Below, one piece after another: positions 1 to 9,602 of a stretch of 41,910 nucleotides of DNA; within the stretch, counting starts at the first letter, position 1; each line of letters begins with the position of its first letter. Both the position numbers and the translations under genes were made by a program. The DNA lies in the NCBI GenBank assembly GCA_046339335.1, contig JBKDUV010000043.1, forward strand, positions 1 to 41,910, written 5' to 3'. The stretch comes from Planctomycetia bacterium. GTDB taxonomy: Bacteria; Planctomycetota; Planctomycetia; Pirellulales; UBA1268. The notes below the pieces were generated by a model. It searched no databases. It was not told the DNA's origin and was given only the letters and a program-made list of their open reading frames with translations.

Positions 1-50
1 ACGACGCCGGCTGCGATCAGGCCACGACAAACGATCGAGATCATCGTCAT
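1..50 (-). CDS. 5' end of an unidentified gene that leaves the window (N-terminus MTMISIVCRGLIAAGVV, hydrophobic and signal-like)
   Basis: ATG at 50-48 directly preceded by GAGGAGAA (51-58, minus strand). Only 16 codons are visible. Confidence 0.3.
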   Translation of the reverse strand, partial: MTMISIVCRGLIAAGV

Positions 51-113
51 TTCTCCTCGTGCGGAAGCGGTGTGACTCAGGTCCTCGAGAGTAAAGGCGG
101 CTGGGCCGGGTTG

Positions 114-629
114 TCAAAGTTCGGTCCGCCGCTCCGGGGGCGGCAGCGGCGTCCAGCGGTCGAACGTCGCCGCCTGGCCGCGGTGGCCGCCCGCGGTATC
201 GAAGAGGTTCCAGACGGTCGCCCGTTCGATGCGGAACCGGCGGCCCGTGCTCGAGATCCGGACGCCTGCATAGTCGTCCACGAAGCCGTCGCGGAGGGTG
301 CGTTCCAGCAGCCGTGCCCGCTCGTCGCGGTGCAGCGGTTCGGCGGTGAGCCGGGATGGCGTCCGCAGCAGCGCGTCGAAGTCGAGCTCCCAGAGGGCGA
401 GCGCGGCGGCGTTGCCGTAGTTGAGGATCGGATCGGCCTCGGTGCCGTGGGAAACGACCACGAACGGCGCCCGAAAGAGCCGCGTCGCCTGCTCGATCGC
501 CGTCCCTGAGCGGTCGACCAGTTCACGGCCGAGCAGCCGGGCGAACGAATCGAGGAGCCGTTGCACGTGGGCCGCCGTCGCCGCCACCGGCAGATCGTGC
601 GGCGATGTCGGGGCGGGATCGATGCTCAT
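114..629 (-). CDS. MEKHLA (PAS-like) domain protein, 171 aa
   Basis: The C-terminal 171 aa of track ORF 114..2048 (MSIDPAPT...APFVVVSHGTEADPILNYGNAAALALWE...YAGVRISSTGRRFRIERATVWNL...GQAATF) match the MEKHLA family pattern. ATG at 629 follows GAGGAG. The rest of the 644-aa ORF is antisense or off-frame to pckA. Confidence 0.8.
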   Translation of the reverse strand: MSIDPAPTSPHDLPVAATAAHVQRLLDSFARLLGRELVDRSGTAIEQATRLFRAPFVVVSHGTEADPILNYGNAAALALWELDFDALLRTPSRLTAEPLHRDERARLLERTLRDGFVDDYAGVRISSTGRRFRIERATVWNLFDTAGGHRGQAATFDRWTPLPPPERRTEL

Positions 630-667
630 GGCTCCTCGTGCATGGTCCATGCCGGCAGGCGTCGTCC

Positions 668-2263
668 CTACGCTGGGCCGGCGGCGGCCACCGCGGCGCC
701 GGCCTCGGCGGCGTAGGTGCGAAAGTTCTCCTTGAAGCGGCCGGCGAGCCGGCGGGCGGCCCCTTCCCAGGCGGAAGGATCGCTCCAGGTCCGCCACGGC
801 ACGAGCAGGCGATCCGCGACACCTGTCACCCGTGTCACCGCGTCGAGACCGAACACCGGGTCGCGCTCCACGGCAGCGGCATCGAGGGCGCCCGCGTGGA
901 TCGCGTCGATTATCCGCCGCGTGTCGCCGAGGTCGATCCGCCGCCCCACGCCATGGCCGCCCCCGGTCCAGCCCGTGTTGACGAGCCAGACCCGCGTGCC
1001 GTGCCGGGCGAGTTTTTCGGCGAGCAGCCGGGCGTAGACAGCGGGATGGCGGACGAGGAAGGCGGCACTGAAGCAGGCCGAAAAGGCGAGCTGCGGCTCC
1101 GAGACGCCCATCTCCGTGCCCGCCACCCGGGCCGTGTACCCGGAGAGGAAGTGGTACATCGCCTGCTCGCGCGACAGCCGGCTCACCGGCGGGAGCACGC
1201 CCGACGCATCGCAGGTCAGGAAGATGACGTTCCGCGGGTGCGGACCGACGCAGGGCACCTTGGCGTTGGCGACGTGCTCGATCGGATAGGCGGCCCGCGT
1301 GTTCTCCGTGATGACGCTCGACACATAATCGACGACCCGGGTCTCGGGATCGTAGGCCACGTTCTCGAGGACCGTCCCGAAGCGTATCGCCCGCCAGATC
1401 TCCGGCTCGCGGGCTTCGGTGAGGTGGATGCACTTCGCATAGCAGCCCCCCTCGATGTTGAAGACGCCGTCCGGGCCCCAGCCATGCTCGTCGTCGCCGA
1501 TCAGCCGCCGGCGTGGATCGGCCGAGAGCGTCGTCTTGCCCGTGCCGGAAAGGCCGAAGAACAGGGCGACTTCCCCGGCACCGCCTCCTGCCGGCAACGA
1601 CTCGTTGGCCGAGCAGTGCATCGAGAGCACGCCGCGGGCGGGGAGCAGCCAGTGCATGGCGGTGAACACGCCCTTCTTCATCTCGCCGGCATACTCCGTG
1701 CCGAGGATCACCTGCTCGCGACGTTCCAGCGACAGGTCGATGCTCGTGCGGCTGGTCATCTGGCTCGTGAACGGGTTGGCGGGAAACTGGCCGGCGTTGT
1801 AGATCACGTAATCCGGGCTGCCGAATCGCTCCAGCTCGTCGAGCGTGGGACGCATGAGCATGTTGTGCATGTACAGGGCGTGGTATGCCCGGGCACACAG
1901 CACACGGACCTTGATCCGGCAGGCGGGATCCCAGCCGGCGTAGCCGTCGCAGACGTACACCTGGTCGCGGGTGTTGAGGTAATCGATCGCCCGCTGCCGG
2001 TTGAGGAGGAAGGTGTGATCGTCGATCGGATGGTTGACCGTTCCCCACCAGACGTCGGCCCGCGACTCGGCCGCCTCGACCACGTGCTTGTCACCCGGAC
2101 TGCGGCCGGTCTTGGCTCCGGAACGGATGGCGATCGCCCCGCTTTCCACGATCGCAGCGCGTTCGCGGGAGACGGCATCCTCGTAGAGCCGTCCGGGGGA
2201 GGCGTTGCGGATCACCGTCGGGACGGTGATCTCATGCGCGGACAGGTCGATGGGGAGTGTCAT
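668..2263 (-). CDS. pckA: phosphoenolpyruvate carboxykinase (ATP)
   Basis: Full-length similarity to ATP-type PEPCK, including the GLSGTGKTTLS P-loop and IGDDEHGW. ATG at 2263 (MTLPIDL...) has GGAG about 8 nt upstream. The 49 aa further upstream in the track ORF look non-coding. Confidence 0.95.
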   Translation of the reverse strand: MTLPIDLSAHEITVPTVIRNASPGRLYEDAVSRERAAIVESGAIAIRSGAKTGRSPGDKHVVEAAESRADVWWGTVNHPIDDHTFLLNRQRAIDYLNTRDQVYVCDGYAGWDPACRIKVRVLCARAYHALYMHNMLMRPTLDELERFGSPDYVIYNAGQFPANPFTSQMTSRTSIDLSLERREQVILGTEYAGEMKKGVFTAMHWLLPARGVLSMHCSANESLPAGGGAGEVALFFGLSGTGKTTLSADPRRRLIGDDEHGWGPDGVFNIEGGCYAKCIHLTEAREPEIWRAIRFGTVLENVAYDPETRVVDYVSSVITENTRAAYPIEHVANAKVPCVGPHPRNVIFLTCDASGVLPPVSRLSREQAMYHFLSGYTARVAGTEMGVSEPQLAFSACFSAAFLVRHPAVYARLLAEKLARHGTRVWLVNTGWTGGGHGVGRRIDLGDTRRIIDAIHAGALDAAAVERDPVFGLDAVTRVTGVADRLLVPWRTWSDPSAWEGAARRLAGRFKENFRTYAAEAGAAVAAAGPA

Positions 2264-2960
2264 GCGAGGCTCCGGAGGCAGGACTGGCGGGACGGGACGC
2301 GGGCGGGCTCTCGACTGCCGGCACCGGTCGGCGCGGGAACAACAGCCCACCCAGAGCGAGCCCGATGGCAGCGACCAGGACGAGCCCGCCGAGGGCGGCG
2401 AACACTCCACCCCAGGGGCTCGACCGGACCCGCAGCCGGCCGACTGCCTGCCGGAGACGGCGGCAGAACTCGGTCCAGCCCTCGGGGCTCGTCCGCGAAC
2501 CGACCGCCACCACGCTCACGCTCCGCATCGAGCCACGGCCGTCGAGGTGCAGCTGGATCCCTCGGGCCGGCAGCGCCGCCGTCTCGCCGGCCCAGCGGGC
2601 CGAGGCATCGAGCCCGGCGACCACCTCGGCCACGACGGGCCGCAGCTGGTCGAGCGTGATGTTGTAGATCACCAGCCGCGGCCGCATGGCGAGCACGGCG
2701 ACGGCCACGAGGAGCAGGAAGCAGGCGAGCAGGACGGGCACGCCGGCGACCGAGGGGATGCCGCCCGCCAGCGGGGCGAGGAGTGCCAGCGGTCCGACGA
2801 GCATGAGCCCGGCCACGCTGGCGGCCAGCAGGGCGAAGTCGAGACTCCCTGCGATCAGACTCGGCCGGCGCCGCAGGTGCAGCCAGCCGATGCCGACGAG
2901 ATACAGGCCGAGGGGGATGACCGCCAGCCCGACCGCGATCGCTGCCCGGACTCCGCTCAT
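2232..2960 (-). CDS. hypothetical polytopic membrane protein (about 242 aa)
   Basis: Several hydrophobic helices (AAIAVGLAVIPLGLYLVGIGW, LLACFLLLVAVAVLA, VFAALGGLVLVAAIGLALGGLL). The preferred start is ATG 2960, which overlaps the stop of the upstream small ORF as ATGA. Alternative starts are 2969 and 3071 (GTG). The 3' end overlaps the pckA start by 32 nt. Confidence 0.5.
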   Translation of the reverse strand: MSGVRAAIAVGLAVIPLGLYLVGIGWLHLRRRPSLIAGSLDFALLAASVAGLMLVGPLALLAPLAGGIPSVAGVPVLLACFLLLVAVAVLAMRPRLVIYNITLDQLRPVVAEVVAGLDASARWAGETAALPARGIQLHLDGRGSMRSVSVVAVGSRTSPEGWTEFCRRLRQAVGRLRVRSSPWGGVFAALGGLVLVAAIGLALGGLLFPRRPVPAVESPPASRPASPASGASHDTPHRPVRA

Positions 2961-3067
2961 GACCGCCATGCCATCCAGGCGAGGAAGGCGAGCCAGGCCA
3001 ATTCCGCCGCAGCGATGAGGAGCAGCCCGGCCTGCATGCCGCCGTCGGCGCCACGGTCTGCGGACAT
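2957..3067 (-). CDS. candidate 36-aa small membrane protein (MSADRGADGGMQAGLLLIAAAELAWLAFLAWMAWRS)
   Basis: ATG 3067 lies about 6 nt after AAGGAGG. Third codon positions are GC-rich, there is one clear TM helix, and the TGA stop overlaps the next ATG (ATGA). It is too short for the ORF track. Confidence 0.35.
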   Translation of the reverse strand: MSADRGADGGMQAGLLLIAAAELAWLAFLAWMAWRS

Positions 3068-3086
3068 GCACCCCTCCTTGCTCGCG

Positions 3087-3575
3087 TCAGACGGGATCCG
3101 GCACCACGAACTCGAGATCCCGCGCGAAGCCGTCTGCGAAGTCGTAGACGCCGTGGAAATCCTCGCGCTTGTCCGACCGTGTCTTGCGCATCTGGCCGAT
3201 GTCGATCATGTTGAAGACGATCTCGCCGAAATCGTCGGTTCGCGTGATGCCCCAGGCCCCGAGCACCTTCGGGGCGAGGTAGCCGTATTGCTGCAGCCCG
3301 TAGAGCCTGGCCGCCTCGCAGAGCTGCTGCCCCGAGACGTGCCGCTCGGCATGGCGGGGCCTGTTCTTTCCCCCCTTGCCCTTCGGCTTGGTCGGCCGCG
3401 GCTCGACCGGCTCCGCGGCCGGATCCAGTTCCTCGGCCGGCGGCTCGGCCCCGAGCCCCAGCGACTCCTGGGCAAAGGACAGGGACTCGAGGACGAACAG
3501 GTAGGCGTCGAGCGAATACCGCCGGTCGCGCTGGAGGAGTTGGAAGAGCGGATGAGAAGGGTCGACGAGCGGCAT
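3087..3575 (-). CDS. conserved hypothetical protein, resembling the PVC-restricted Minf_1886 (TIGR04138-like) family
   Basis: ATG 3575 (MPLVDPSHPLFQ...). The C-terminal block HVSGQQLCEAARLYGLQQYGYLAPKVLGAWGITRTDDFGEIVFNMIDIGQM is recalled from that family. The family assignment comes from memory, not a search. Confidence 0.65.
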   Translation of the reverse strand: MPLVDPSHPLFQLLQRDRRYSLDAYLFVLESLSFAQESLGLGAEPPAEELDPAAEPVEPRPTKPKGKGGKNRPRHAERHVSGQQLCEAARLYGLQQYGYLAPKVLGAWGITRTDDFGEIVFNMIDIGQMRKTRSDKREDFHGVYDFADGFARDLEFVVPDPV

Positions 3576-3675
3576 CGATGGCCTCGGGGCAGGGAGACCA
3601 CGGAGTATAGCCCCGCCGGGTACGGCCACGAACGGCCGGCGGAAACGCCGCCGGCGGCGAAGATCTCGTGGCCCG

Positions 3676-4629
3676 TCAGCGGGGCGGGTTCGCGGGAGCG
3701 GGCGGCCGGAATCCCGGTGGCGCGGGAGGTGCGGGGGGCTGCTGCCCCTGCTGATCTTCGAGGATGTAGCGGTAGCCGAACGGCGTGGCGGGCCTGGAGA
3801 AGTCACGGATCAGGTCGAGCCCCCGGTCAAAGATGTTGGTGGCCGGATCGAACTGGTAGACGTCGCGGTCCTTGCCGCCCGGCTTGTAGATCTGGATGGC
3901 GGCCGGCATCAGGTCGCGACCGAGGAGAATGAGTTCGACCTTGGAAAAGTTCGCCGCGTCGGCCTGAAAGCGGGGCCTGGCCTCCAGCCAGCTCTGCCCC
4001 TGCACGTTCGGCGGCGTGATGATCCGCATCCAGTACCGCTTCTTGAGCGTGTCGGCTTTCGCGCCGAATACGAACGGCAGCGGCCCATCGCTGATCGCCT
4101 TGCCCTGCAGTTCCGGGGGCAGCTTCGTCTCCCGCAGCTGCTTTTCAGCGTGGCGAAACTCGTAGATGCTGCTGCCGTTGCAGACCCAGTGCTCGCCGAC
4201 TTCACCGGCACGCGGCTCGTAGCGGCCGGTCTGCTGGTTCCACTGCTTCGTGTCCTTGATCCGAAACGACCCCTTGTCGGGGGCCGCGTACTTCAGCTCG
4301 CCGGTGCTCTCCGCGAACTGTTTGGGGAACCCCTTGGCATCGACGGGGCTCCAGGCATTGTACTCCCATTTGGTGAACCGACATGACCAGGTCTTGATGG
4401 CGGCGTTACGAGTCTCCCAGGCGGCGAGGAGCCGGTCGAGTTCGGCCTGTTGCTGGGGCGTGAGCGCAGGGGCTCCCTGTTGCGCGGGCGGCGCCGCTGC
4501 CGGCTGTTGCTGCGCCCGGAGAGAGGCGGCTGCGAAGCCCCAGCACAGGGGGGCGATGATCGCGGCGAAGCGACACAGGCGGGCATGCCGGCAACGCGGT
4601 GGCACGGACGAGCAACGCGACAGGCGCAT
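3676..4629 (-). CDS. secreted hypothetical protein, TIGR03009-like planctomycete domain (317 aa)
   Basis: ATG 4629. It has a signal-like N-terminus (RLCRFAAIIAPLCWGFAAASLRAQ), then a Q/P/A linker, a globular domain and a Pro-rich tail. The remainder of track ORF 3676..5925 is antisense to ldhA. Confidence 0.7.
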   Translation of the reverse strand: MRLSRCSSVPPRCRHARLCRFAAIIAPLCWGFAAASLRAQQQPAAAPPAQQGAPALTPQQQAELDRLLAAWETRNAAIKTWSCRFTKWEYNAWSPVDAKGFPKQFAESTGELKYAAPDKGSFRIKDTKQWNQQTGRYEPRAGEVGEHWVCNGSSIYEFRHAEKQLRETKLPPELQGKAISDGPLPFVFGAKADTLKKRYWMRIITPPNVQGQSWLEARPRFQADAANFSKVELILLGRDLMPAAIQIYKPGGKDRDVYQFDPATNIFDRGLDLIRDFSRPATPFGYRYILEDQQGQQPPAPPAPPGFRPPAPANPPR

Positions 4630-4791
4630 GAGTGCTGGCTCCACGGGCGAACGGGGGCCGGACGATAGCAGGCCGCGCGTCGGTGGGCGAGGGCGTTTCA
4701 CCCGGCCAAACAGCCGGGAATCGCAGCTGCCGATCGATTTTTCGTACACTCGCCAGACCTCGTTCCCCTCCCGAACGGAGCCGGCCCCCTC

Positions 4792-5784
4792 ATGCTCGTC
4801 GCCGCCTTTTCGATCAAGCCCTACGACCGAGAGTTTCTCTCCGCCGCCTCGGCCGGCCTTCCCGTGGAGTGGGCCTGGTTCGAGGCCCGGCTCGACCGGG
4901 ACACGGCCCGTCTCGCCGCCGGCGCGGCCGCCGTCAACTGCTTCGTGAACGACACGCTCGACGCCCCGACCCTCGAAGCGGTCGCCGCTCTCGGCGTCCG
5001 GCTCGTGACGCTCCGCTGCGCCGGCTTCAACCAGGTGGACCTCGCCGCGGCCGCCCGGCTCGGGCTGCCCGTGACCCGCGTGCCGGAGTATTCGCCCCAT
5101 GCCGTCGCCGAGCACACGATCGGGCTCGTGCTGATGCTCGACCGCAAACTCCACAAGGCCTACAACCGGGTTCGGGAAGGGGATTTTTCCCTGCACGGCC
5201 TGCTCGGCTTCGATCTCCACGGCCGCACCGCGGGGGTCGTCGGCACGGGCCGGATCGGCAGCCGCGTGGTGGAGATTCTCCTCGGCTTCGGCTGCACCGT
5301 TCTGGCCCACGACCCGCGGCCCGATCCCGGCCTCGTCGCCCGCGGCGTGCGGTTCGTGCCGCTCGACGAGCTCCTCGCCGCCGCCGACATCGTCACGCTC
5401 CACTGCCCGCTGACGGCTGCCAGCCGGCACCTGATCGACGAGCGGGCCATCGCCCGCATGAAGCCGGGCGTGATGCTCGTCAACACGGGCCGCGGCGGGC
5501 TCATCGACACGAAGGCGGTGATCGCCGGACTGAAGTCGGGACGGATCGGGCATCTCGGCCTCGACGTCTACGAGGAGGAGGCCGACCTGTTCTTCGAGGA
5601 CCGCAGCGACTCGATCATCGCCGACGACGTGTTCATGCGGCTCTTGACGTTTCCCAACGTCGTCGTCACCGCCCATCAGGCCTTCTTCACGCGGAACGCG
5701 CTGGAGGCGATCGCCGCCCAGACGGTCCGCAACCTCGTCCACTTCCAGCGTGGCGAACCGCTCGAGGCCCGGGTCACGGGCTGA
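4792..5784 (+). CDS. ldhA: D-isomer-specific 2-hydroxyacid dehydrogenase, D-lactate dehydrogenase-like
   Basis: NAD-binding GVVGTGRIGSRV and a conserved R...E...H catalytic region (VNTGRGGLID, LDVYEEE, TAHQAF). 330 aa. Confidence 0.88.
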   Translation: MLVAAFSIKPYDREFLSAASAGLPVEWAWFEARLDRDTARLAAGAAAVNCFVNDTLDAPTLEAVAALGVRLVTLRCAGFNQVDLAAAARLGLPVTRVPEYSPHAVAEHTIGLVLMLDRKLHKAYNRVREGDFSLHGLLGFDLHGRTAGVVGTGRIGSRVVEILLGFGCTVLAHDPRPDPGLVARGVRFVPLDELLAAADIVTLHCPLTAASRHLIDERAIARMKPGVMLVNTGRGGLIDTKAVIAGLKSGRIGHLGLDVYEEEADLFFEDRSDSIIADDVFMRLLTFPNVVVTAHQAFFTRNALEAIAAQTVRNLVHFQRGEPLEARVTG

Positions 5785-5982
5785 CGGGGCCGCCCGGTTT
5801 CTCGAGGGAGGTGTGGCCGGTTGGGGGCACGCACAGGAGCAGGGGTGCTTTGCCTGCACCGCACGACGCACCATCACGCCTGGGGCCGCAACGGCAAAGT
5901 CCCCCGGCGACGAGCACGCCTCCAACCGGCTACACCGCCTGCCATCAGGCCTGGAGGGTTCACCGCAACCGACATGCCGCGG

Positions 5983-7902
5983 TCAGCCCGGCTCCTCGAG
6001 GTACGTGTAGCCTCCCAGCCCCTCCTCGTAAAACTTGAGGAACCGGCCGGCCTGGCTGTCGCAGATCCGCCCCTCGCGGACGGCCTGCTCGATCGAGTCG
6101 CGGAGCCGCTGCACGAGATGGCCGGCGTCGAACTCGACGTAGTCGAGCACCTCGCGGACGGTGTCCCCCTTGATCACGGCGTCGACCACCGCCTCGCCGC
6201 GGTCGTCGATGCTGACGTGCACGGCGTTGGTGTCGCCGAACAGGTTGTGGAGGTCGCCGAGGATCTCCTGGTAGGCGCCGATCAGGAACGCGCCCAGGTA
6301 GTAGGGCTCGTTCCGCCAGCCGTGCAGCGGCAGCGTCCGCTTCACGTCCCGGCGGTCGATGAACTGGTCGATCTTGCCGTCCGAATCACAGGTCACGTCG
6401 CCGAGCACCGCGGCATGCGTCGGCCGCTCGTCGAGCCGATGGATCGGCATCACGGGAAACAGCTGCTTGATGGCCCAGCTGTCGGGGATCGACTGGAACA
6501 GCGAGAAGTTGCAGAAGTAGGTGTCGGAGAGCGTCGCCTCCAAACCCTCCAGTTCCTCCGGGACGTATTCCAGGCTGGTCTTCAACTTGGCGATCCGCCG
6601 GCAGATCGCCCAGTACAGGTTCTCGATGGCCGACCGCTGGTCGAGCGGCAGGTAGCCGCTGGCGAACAGGTTCATCGCCGTGTCGAGGGCCTGCTGGGCG
6701 TCGTGGTAGCTCTCCAGCAGGTTGCGGACGTTGATCCCCTGGTAGGTCTCCATCAGGTCATGGTGCGGCTGCTCGGCATCGGCGGGGGGCTCGGACACCT
6801 CCCCGCTCCCCCCCTGCTCCGAGACACCGAGAACGCCGAAGATCAGCATGCTGTGGTAGGCGACGACCGCCCGGCCGCTCTCGGAGACGATCGTCGGGTG
6901 GGGCACGCCCGCCTCGTCGCAGGCGTTCTGCACGTGATAGACGACGTCGTTGGCGTACTCCTGCAGACTGTAGTTCACGCTCGACTCGAAGTTGGTCTGC
7001 GAGCCGTCGTAATCGACCCCCAGGCCGCCGCCGACGTCGAGGTAGCGGAGTCCGGCGCCGCGCTTCACCAGTTCCGTGTAGATCCGCGAGGCCTCGTTGA
7101 GCGCCGCCTTGATGTGGCGGATGTTCGTGATCTGGCTGCCCTGGTGAAAATGGAGCAGCTGCAGGCAGTCCTCCATGCCGCGGGACGCCAGGAGATCGAG
7201 CCCCTTGACGAGCTCGCTGGCGGTGAGGCCGAACTTGCTGCGAAAGCCCCCCGACGACTGCCAGCGGCCGCTGCCGCGAGTGGCGAGCTTGACCCGCATG
7301 CCGATCCGGGGGCGAACGCCGAGTTTTTCGGCGTACTCGAGGACGAGCTGCAGCTCGGAGAACCGTTCCACGACGGGGATGATGTGCCGGCCGATCTTCT
7401 GCGCGAGCATCGCCGTCTCGATGAACTCGGCGTCCTTGAAGCCGTTGCAGATGATCGGCGTCTCGTTGTCGGCGAGGGCGATCACGGCGAGCAGTTCCGG
7501 CTTGCTTCCCGCCTCGAGGCCGAACCGGTAGGGGCGGCCGAACCGCAGCACCTCCTCGACGACCTGGCGCTGCTGATTGACCTTCACCGGGTAGACGCAG
7601 CAGTACTCCCCGCGGTAGCCGCTCTCCTTCATCGCCGTCGCGAAGGCGCCGTGGATTTCGCCGAGCCGATGCTGGAGGATGTCGGCGAAGCGGAGCAGGA
7701 TCGGCAGGTCGATGCCGCGGACTTGGAGCCTGTCGACGAGCGCCTTGAGATCGATGCTCTTCGTCGGATCCTTGTCGGGGTGCACGAGCAGATGGCCGGC
7801 CGGACTCACGGAGAAGTAGCCGTTGCCCCAGCGGGGCACCTCGTAGAGTTCCGCGGCGTCCGCGGTGCTCCAGTGCTTGACGTCGATATCGACCGCTGCC
7901 AT
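5983..7902 (-). CDS. speA: biosynthetic arginine decarboxylase
   Basis: 639 aa, colinear with SpeA (WSTADAAELYEVPRWGNGYFSV..., PLP-fold core, C-terminal domain). Confidence 0.95.
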   Translation of the reverse strand: MAAVDIDVKHWSTADAAELYEVPRWGNGYFSVSPAGHLLVHPDKDPTKSIDLKALVDRLQVRGIDLPILLRFADILQHRLGEIHGAFATAMKESGYRGEYCCVYPVKVNQQRQVVEEVLRFGRPYRFGLEAGSKPELLAVIALADNETPIICNGFKDAEFIETAMLAQKIGRHIIPVVERFSELQLVLEYAEKLGVRPRIGMRVKLATRGSGRWQSSGGFRSKFGLTASELVKGLDLLASRGMEDCLQLLHFHQGSQITNIRHIKAALNEASRIYTELVKRGAGLRYLDVGGGLGVDYDGSQTNFESSVNYSLQEYANDVVYHVQNACDEAGVPHPTIVSESGRAVVAYHSMLIFGVLGVSEQGGSGEVSEPPADAEQPHHDLMETYQGINVRNLLESYHDAQQALDTAMNLFASGYLPLDQRSAIENLYWAICRRIAKLKTSLEYVPEELEGLEATLSDTYFCNFSLFQSIPDSWAIKQLFPVMPIHRLDERPTHAAVLGDVTCDSDGKIDQFIDRRDVKRTLPLHGWRNEPYYLGAFLIGAYQEILGDLHNLFGDTNAVHVSIDDRGEAVVDAVIKGDTVREVLDYVEFDAGHLVQRLRDSIEQAVREGRICDSQAGRFLKFYEEGLGGYTYLEEPG

Positions 7903-8115
7903 CCATGCTCCTCGTCACGTACCATCGGCGTCGCGCCGCCGTCGCTGATCGACAAAGTGTAGCGTGATGCGTCGGCGAGGTCATGCCAGACCGCCCGGGG
8001 CGTCGTGGCGGAGTGCATGCCAGGCGTGCCTAGCAGACTGCGGAAAAAGTCTGCCCGAGCAGGATGCGATGGCCGTCGACCCAGGAAACCCTTGGCGTTT
8101 CCTGCAGTCGACCAA

Positions 8116-8145
8116 GTGGAAAAGGTCATGGATGACTTTTTCCAC
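8116..8145 (-). terminator. AT-rich near-perfect hairpin immediately 3' of the MATE gene (candidate intrinsic terminator)
   Basis: GTGGAAAAGGTCAT-GG-ATGACTTTTTCCAC. The 14-nt arms have one mismatch and lie 6 nt after the TAG stop. It stands out in GC-rich DNA. The downstream U-tract is weak (TTGGTC). Confidence 0.4.
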
Positions 8146-8151
8146 GGGCAG

Positions 8152-9588
8152 CTAGACCCGCACCCGGGTCCAGTTCGTGCCGGCGAAGATGACGAGCATC
8201 GCCAGGCCGCGGATGGTGAGGTCGGCAGCCATGGCGTACCAGGCGCCCACCACGCCCAGCCCGAAGCCCGGAATGACCGTCCCGCCCGGCAGGGACACCT
8301 CCGGCCAGGCGAGGACCGCCGCCAGCGGCAGGCGGACGAAGATCAGGCTGAGAAAGTTGACCAGCGCGGGCAGGCGGGTGGCTCCCGCGCCCCGCAGCCC
8401 ACCGGAGAAGACCATCAACAATGCCAGCGGCGGCTGGGCAAAGGCCACGATCCGCACCAGTTCGGCCGTGAGTGCGGCCACCTCGGGCTGCCTGCCGGGG
8501 CCGCCGGTGAACCAGTCGGCCAGCGGCCGGGAGAATCCGAGAAAGCCTGCCGCAGCCGCGGACATCAGGACGACACAGGCCATCGCCGCCGCCCAGACGC
8601 TTCCCCGGGCCCGACGTTCGTCGCGCGCCCCGAGGAACTGTCCCGCGAGGGTCGCCGCCGCGATCTGGAAGGCGCTGCCCGGCAGGAAGGCGAGCGACTC
8701 GATGGCGATCGCCACGGAGTGGGCGGCCGCATCGACGTTGCCGACCCGGTTGACGATCGACAGGAAGGTCAGGTGGCAGGCCGAGTTGGCGGCCGCATCG
8801 ACGCCGGCGGGAAGGCCAGTCTGCAGCAGGCGGCGGAGGGAGTCGCGGTGCGGCCGCCAGTCGCCGCGCCGGGGCCTCAGGCCGGCGCCGGGGCGGGCCA
8901 GCAGCAGGCCGACGACCACGGCCCCGCAGCAGTAGCCGGCGAATGTGCCCCAGGCCAGCCCCTCCCAGCCCAGCCGGGGCAGGCCGCCGAATCCCGTGGC
9001 AAGAGCGAAACTGGCGGCGGCGTTGACCAGGTTCACCGTCGTCATCGCCAGCAGGCCGGCGGTCATGTCCCCGGCGCCGCGGAGAATGGCCACCCCCACG
9101 TGGATCAGCATCATGAGCGGCAGGGCCGGGATCACGATCCCCAGGTAGCCGACGGCCAGGTCCGCGCTCGCCGCCGGCAGCCCGAGGCCGCGAATGAACG
9201 CAGGACCGAACGCCGTGGCGACCAGCAGTCCGATCCCCCCGAGGCCGACACCGACCAGGAGGGCCTGTGCGCCGAACCGGCGGGCGGCCTGCTGGTCACC
9301 GCCGCCGATGCTGCGGGCCACGAGCGCCGTCGCGGCCACCGCCGGCACGGCGAACACCGCCGGAAGGAAGGCGAGGCAGTAGGCCACGAGGCCGACCGCC
9401 GCCAAAGCCGCCTCGTCGGCGAACAGGTTCCCGGCCAGCCACTTGTCGGTGAATCCGACCGCGAGCGCGAGGAACTGCTCCCCCAGCACCGGCAGCACCT
9501 GCCCCACCAGGGGTCGAATCGTGCCCACCTGCCGGGTCACGCCCCCGATCGGCCGATCCGCCCGACCGGCGGCCGTCGTCTCCGGCAC
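8152..9588 (-). CDS. MATE family efflux transporter
   Basis: 478 aa, about 12 TM helices and a MATE-like internal duplication. GTG start at 9588 is uncertain. Confidence 0.85.
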   Translation of the reverse strand: MPETTAAGRADRPIGGVTRQVGTIRPLVGQVLPVLGEQFLALAVGFTDKWLAGNLFADEAALAAVGLVAYCLAFLPAVFAVPAVAATALVARSIGGGDQQAARRFGAQALLVGVGLGGIGLLVATAFGPAFIRGLGLPAASADLAVGYLGIVIPALPLMMLIHVGVAILRGAGDMTAGLLAMTTVNLVNAAASFALATGFGGLPRLGWEGLAWGTFAGYCCGAVVVGLLLARPGAGLRPRRGDWRPHRDSLRRLLQTGLPAGVDAAANSACHLTFLSIVNRVGNVDAAAHSVAIAIESLAFLPGSAFQIAAATLAGQFLGARDERRARGSVWAAAMACVVLMSAAAAGFLGFSRPLADWFTGGPGRQPEVAALTAELVRIVAFAQPPLALLMVFSGGLRGAGATRLPALVNFLSLIFVRLPLAAVLAWPEVSLPGGTVIPGFGLGVVGAWYAMAADLTIRGLAMLVIFAGTNWTRVRV

Positions 9589-9602
9589 TGCGGGCTCGGC
9601 GC

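Noticed and set aside
3676-5925. 749-aa minus ORF suggesting a large protein.
   Set aside because: Only the C-terminal 317 aa (from ATG 4629, with a signal peptide) look like real protein. The upstream 432 aa are antisense to ldhA and compositionally non-coding.
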